Assembly (NCBI GenBank): GCA_048881705.1
Contig: JBHLSH010000012.1
Coordinates: 1 to 59,611 of the forward strand
Source of the DNA: Candidatus Heimdallarchaeota archaeon
GTDB lineage: Archaea; Asgardarchaeota; Heimdallarchaeia; Hodarchaeales; Hodarchaeaceae
Direction: 5' to 3'
DNA length: 59,611 nucleotides
In this document: positions 57,451-59,611 of the stretch, in pieces
Layout: every line of letters starts with the position of its first letter
Numbering within the stretch: position 1 is the stretch's first letter
Program-made: the position numbers and the translations under genes
The notes under the pieces: model-generated
Database searches by the model: none
Told to the model about the DNA's origin: nothing
What the model saw: only the letters and a program-made list of their open reading frames with translations

Positions 57451-57979
57451 TCATAGAAAACGAACCCGTTCGCGAAGATCGATATTGGGGTATTTAGGCT
57501 CCTGTTCTATGTCTCGCCAGTATTCATTCAATTCATGTTTTTCAATAAGATCAGCGATCTCTTTGACGAATTGAGTGAGTTCCCGAACCTTTCGAGAAAA
57601 ACGATACATGGACATTTCAAGAAAACGAAAGCCCAAAAAAAACACGAATCTCCTTTTTTTTGCCAGTAGTAATCACACGACTCGTGAAATAGCTACTCTG
57701 CAATTCTAAAATATCACGGAGGAACCCAAGGACTCTATCGCCATTTTCTACTGAAAGGAACGTTAAACCATTGGAAAAGAAGGAAACATGTATGAACTCC
57801 TTGTCCAGACTTATGTGGAGGTCAGGACTGTCCTTGATGGGGAGGAGAAATGAATATGTCTTCTCTTTGGGCTCAACCATGAGGATGTGTTCTAAATTCA
57901 AAAGTTCGAGCCAATGTTTGACCTGTTGAATCTGCTTCGGTAGCAGTATTGGCGTAATATCGGAATTTATGGGCCTCAT
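57451..57979 (-). pseudogene. Probably one gene split by a 1-nt homopolymer frameshift (ORFs 57617..57979 and 57451..57645)
   Basis: The two ORFs overlap next to two 8-nt homopolymers (57635..57642 and 57654..57661). Removing one base gives a continuous 175-aa reading frame. Confidence 0.5.
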
Positions 57980-58095
57980 TGTTCTCTGTAGTCCTGATTG
58001 AGAAATTCGGGAATTTGGTTTTCTATCTTTTTGCGTACTGAATCTGATTTAGGTAAGTTCTAGAGTAACCTCATTGGAATCTTGAAAATCACGAA

Positions 58096-58677
58096 TTAGG
58101 GTGTCCTATGAGGTGAGGTAAAATATTCAGGATTTAAAAATGGAATAAGTGCACAGATGATGGAATGTTCTATCACTGCCGCACGCGTAAGAGCAGAACT
58201 GGTGAGAAATCCAATGGCTCCTTGTTTTTGTTTAATATTTGGAATCCCGCTCGCTTCGGTCACAACATCACCTAATTCCTTAGCTTTTCCAGAAATCAAC
58301 TCATCGTACCATGGTCGAGGAAGTGGAATCTCACATCCACGAATCGTTTCGATGTGCGTGGCCGAACCCACTGACGTATAGATAATAATACGAGCTTGTC
58401 CATTTGGAGTCTCTGCTATTCCTCCTTCGACTCCTACAAAAAAGTCGTAATCTGGTGTTTTAACCTGAGAGTCTCGTATACGCTTTCTGGAATTAACGTA
58501 CGTTTCCTTTTCCCCAATAGGCTGTATTTTTATTGAATTTCTATCAGAATCTGAACTTTGGAAATCCGTGGCGTCAACTACAAGATCGGGGAAAAATTGT
58601 TTAAATGCCTGATAGGTAGCATGAACTTTAACAGGGTTCCGTGATGTGACCAGTACACTTGTTTTGTTTCGTTTCAC
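58096..58677 (-). CDS. yjjX: Non-canonical purine NTP phosphatase (ITPase/XTPase, DUF84/YjjX family)
   Basis: SRNPVK, QPIG..ET, GVEGG, KQKQGAIGFLT. Start set at GTG 58677, overlapping the nep1 stop (GTGA). Confidence 0.88.
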   Translation of the reverse strand: MKRNKTSVLVTSRNPVKVHATYQAFKQFFPDLVVDATDFQSSDSDRNSIKIQPIGEKETYVNSRKRIRDSQVKTPDYDFFVGVEGGIAETPNGQARIIIYTSVGSATHIETIRGCEIPLPRPWYDELISGKAKELGDVVTEASGIPNIKQKQGAIGFLTSSALTRAAVIEHSIICALIPFLNPEYFTSPHRTP

Positions 58678-59375
58678 AGGTAATTCGAACCTTCCAGCCA
58701 GTGAATGATCTTCGCACCAATTGTCCATGCAGGTTTGGCATCATCGTATAATTTCAATCCTTTGATTCGAGTCCAGGTACGATCTGGGATCGATGAATAA
58801 AGATTGGGCTCCCCTCGTTGGAAACCTCCAATTAAAAATACCCCTGATGACGGATTTTGTATTTCCTTCAAATCGGTAATAAATTGTGATATTTTATGAT
58901 GATTTACGTTGTTTTCACATAAAAAAACAGGAACTTTTCCAAATGAATCTAATAGCTGCGAAATTGAACGGGATTGAACAGATAAAATTGGCTCTCCAGA
59001 TAGAGGGACACGGCCATGAAGGAGAAGTTGTGCAAGGAGCCCATAAAACCGATTCTGGTTAACAGGAATTCTCCAAACTGGAGATACTGATATACAAAGA
59101 TCATTTCTGGTGTGAACAAGAACTTGAACCTCACCAGATTTCACTAGCGGGGAATAACAAACAGAGAGAAGAAAAATGTGTACGATATCAGGGCGTCCGC
59201 GTTTTTGTTTATCCTCAAGAGATTTCATTAGTGGACGGTGAGCTGTATTATCTAGGATGATCCCTCGATCCTTTTTCCTAACCGTAGTTTTCCATTCTTT
59301 CTGGATAAGCGGATGGTTTCTAAGATGGGAGGGAATTAGCTCCAATGCGGATTCATAAAGAAGTAATGTAATCAT
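58674..59375 (-). CDS. nep1: 16S rRNA pseudouridine N1-methyltransferase Nep1/Emg1 (SPOUT)
   Basis: ESALELIP, RGRPDIVH, VHTRND, RIP....RF.GL..QLL, IGGFQRG. Confidence 0.92.
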   Translation of the reverse strand: MITLLLYESALELIPSHLRNHPLIQKEWKTTVRKKDRGIILDNTAHRPLMKSLEDKQKRGRPDIVHIFLLSVCYSPLVKSGEVQVLVHTRNDLCISVSPVWRIPVNQNRFYGLLAQLLLHGRVPLSGEPILSVQSRSISQLLDSFGKVPVFLCENNVNHHKISQFITDLKEIQNPSSGVFLIGGFQRGEPNLYSSIPDRTWTRIKGLKLYDDAKPAWTIGAKIIHWLEGSNYL

Positions 59376-59384
59376 ATGCCAAAC

Positions 59385-59611
59385 CTAGCTTCTTTTTTTT
59401 TTCCCCTTAAACCCCTTCTTTTTTCCCTCTTTTTGATAATAGAAAATAGTTTCTTTTGAATATTGCTTTTCCAAAGAATTTTTGTCTAATTTCACAACAA
59501 TTGTTGGATTTTTTACAGGACCTATTATATCGACGATTTTCCCTATAAAAATGAGATATTTTTTTATTTGTTTTCTAGAGTCTTTATTCTTTTCAACATC
59601 ATTTAGATACC
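59385..59611 (-). CDS. gar1: H/ACA RNP subunit Gar1/Naf1, C-terminal part (runs off the right edge; absent from the ORF track)
   Basis: Manual translation: ...KYLIFIGKIVDIIGPVKNPTIVVKLDK...KKKGFKGKKKRS*. IGK(I/V)VDIxGPVxNP is the Gar1 signature. The stop lies 9 bp upstream of nep1. Confidence 0.8.
   Translation of the reverse strand, partial: YLNDVEKNKDSRKQIKKYLIFIGKIVDIIGPVKNPTIVVKLDKNSLEKQYSKETIFYYQKEGKKKGFKGKKKRS

Noticed and set aside
57980-58095. TAG readthrough or a further frameshifted N-terminal extension (…LL*NLPKSDSVRKKIENQ…) of the 57617..57979 ORF
   Set aside because: It needs both a stop suppression and a second frameshift, with no supporting motif, so it is too speculative.
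585-59134. The many 60-160-aa ORFs nested in or antisense to the long genes
   Set aside because: They overlap well-supported CDSs and carry no recognisable motifs, so I treat them as shadow ORFs.
1-59611. CRISPR array, rRNA, tRNA, transposase or integrase
   Set aside because: I saw no regularly spaced direct repeats, no cloverleaf or T-loop signature in any intergenic gap, and no DDE or tyrosine-recombinase ORF. This is a visual inspection; tRNAscan and Infernal were not run.

Overview
This is a gene-dense, mostly housekeeping chromosomal segment of an archaeon. It is most likely an Asgard archaeon, possibly Heimdallarchaeia/Hodarchaeales. That assignment is inferred from a gelsolin-domain protein, a roadblock protein, two longin-type proteins, PGF-like C-terminal sorting tails, Nep1/Gar1 and GGTGA/GGAGG ribosome-binding sites. 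Recognisable modules: UroD-like + CbiR-like pair, S9 peptidase, Sir2, Lhr helicase + metallophosphoesterase, ABC-2 exporter, two surface proteins, ileS and a short bacterial-style alaS, a nitrogen cluster (glnA, nitrilase-family amidase, nadE, class II amidotransferase), a methylcrotonyl-CoA carboxylase cluster with a split alpha subunit, a beta-CASP nuclease with a long N-terminal extension, a KaiC/GvpD-like ATPase, mtnA + APH-like kinase + acdA, Fpg, larC-larB-YkgJ and gar1-nep1-yjjX. I found no rRNA, tRNA, CRISPR array, transposase or integrase. Two genes cut by the window edges are missing or incomplete in the ORF track: an MFS transporter at the left edge and Gar1 at the right edge. I cannot point to one unambiguous new system. 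The best leads are the gelsolin-polyLys-Zn-ribbon protein, the longin-TPR/helical pair, a 7TM-DHp sensor with no kinase domain, larBC with a YkgJ Fe-S protein and no nearby larE, and the mtnA-linked kinase. All calls come from motif reading by eye; no searches were run.
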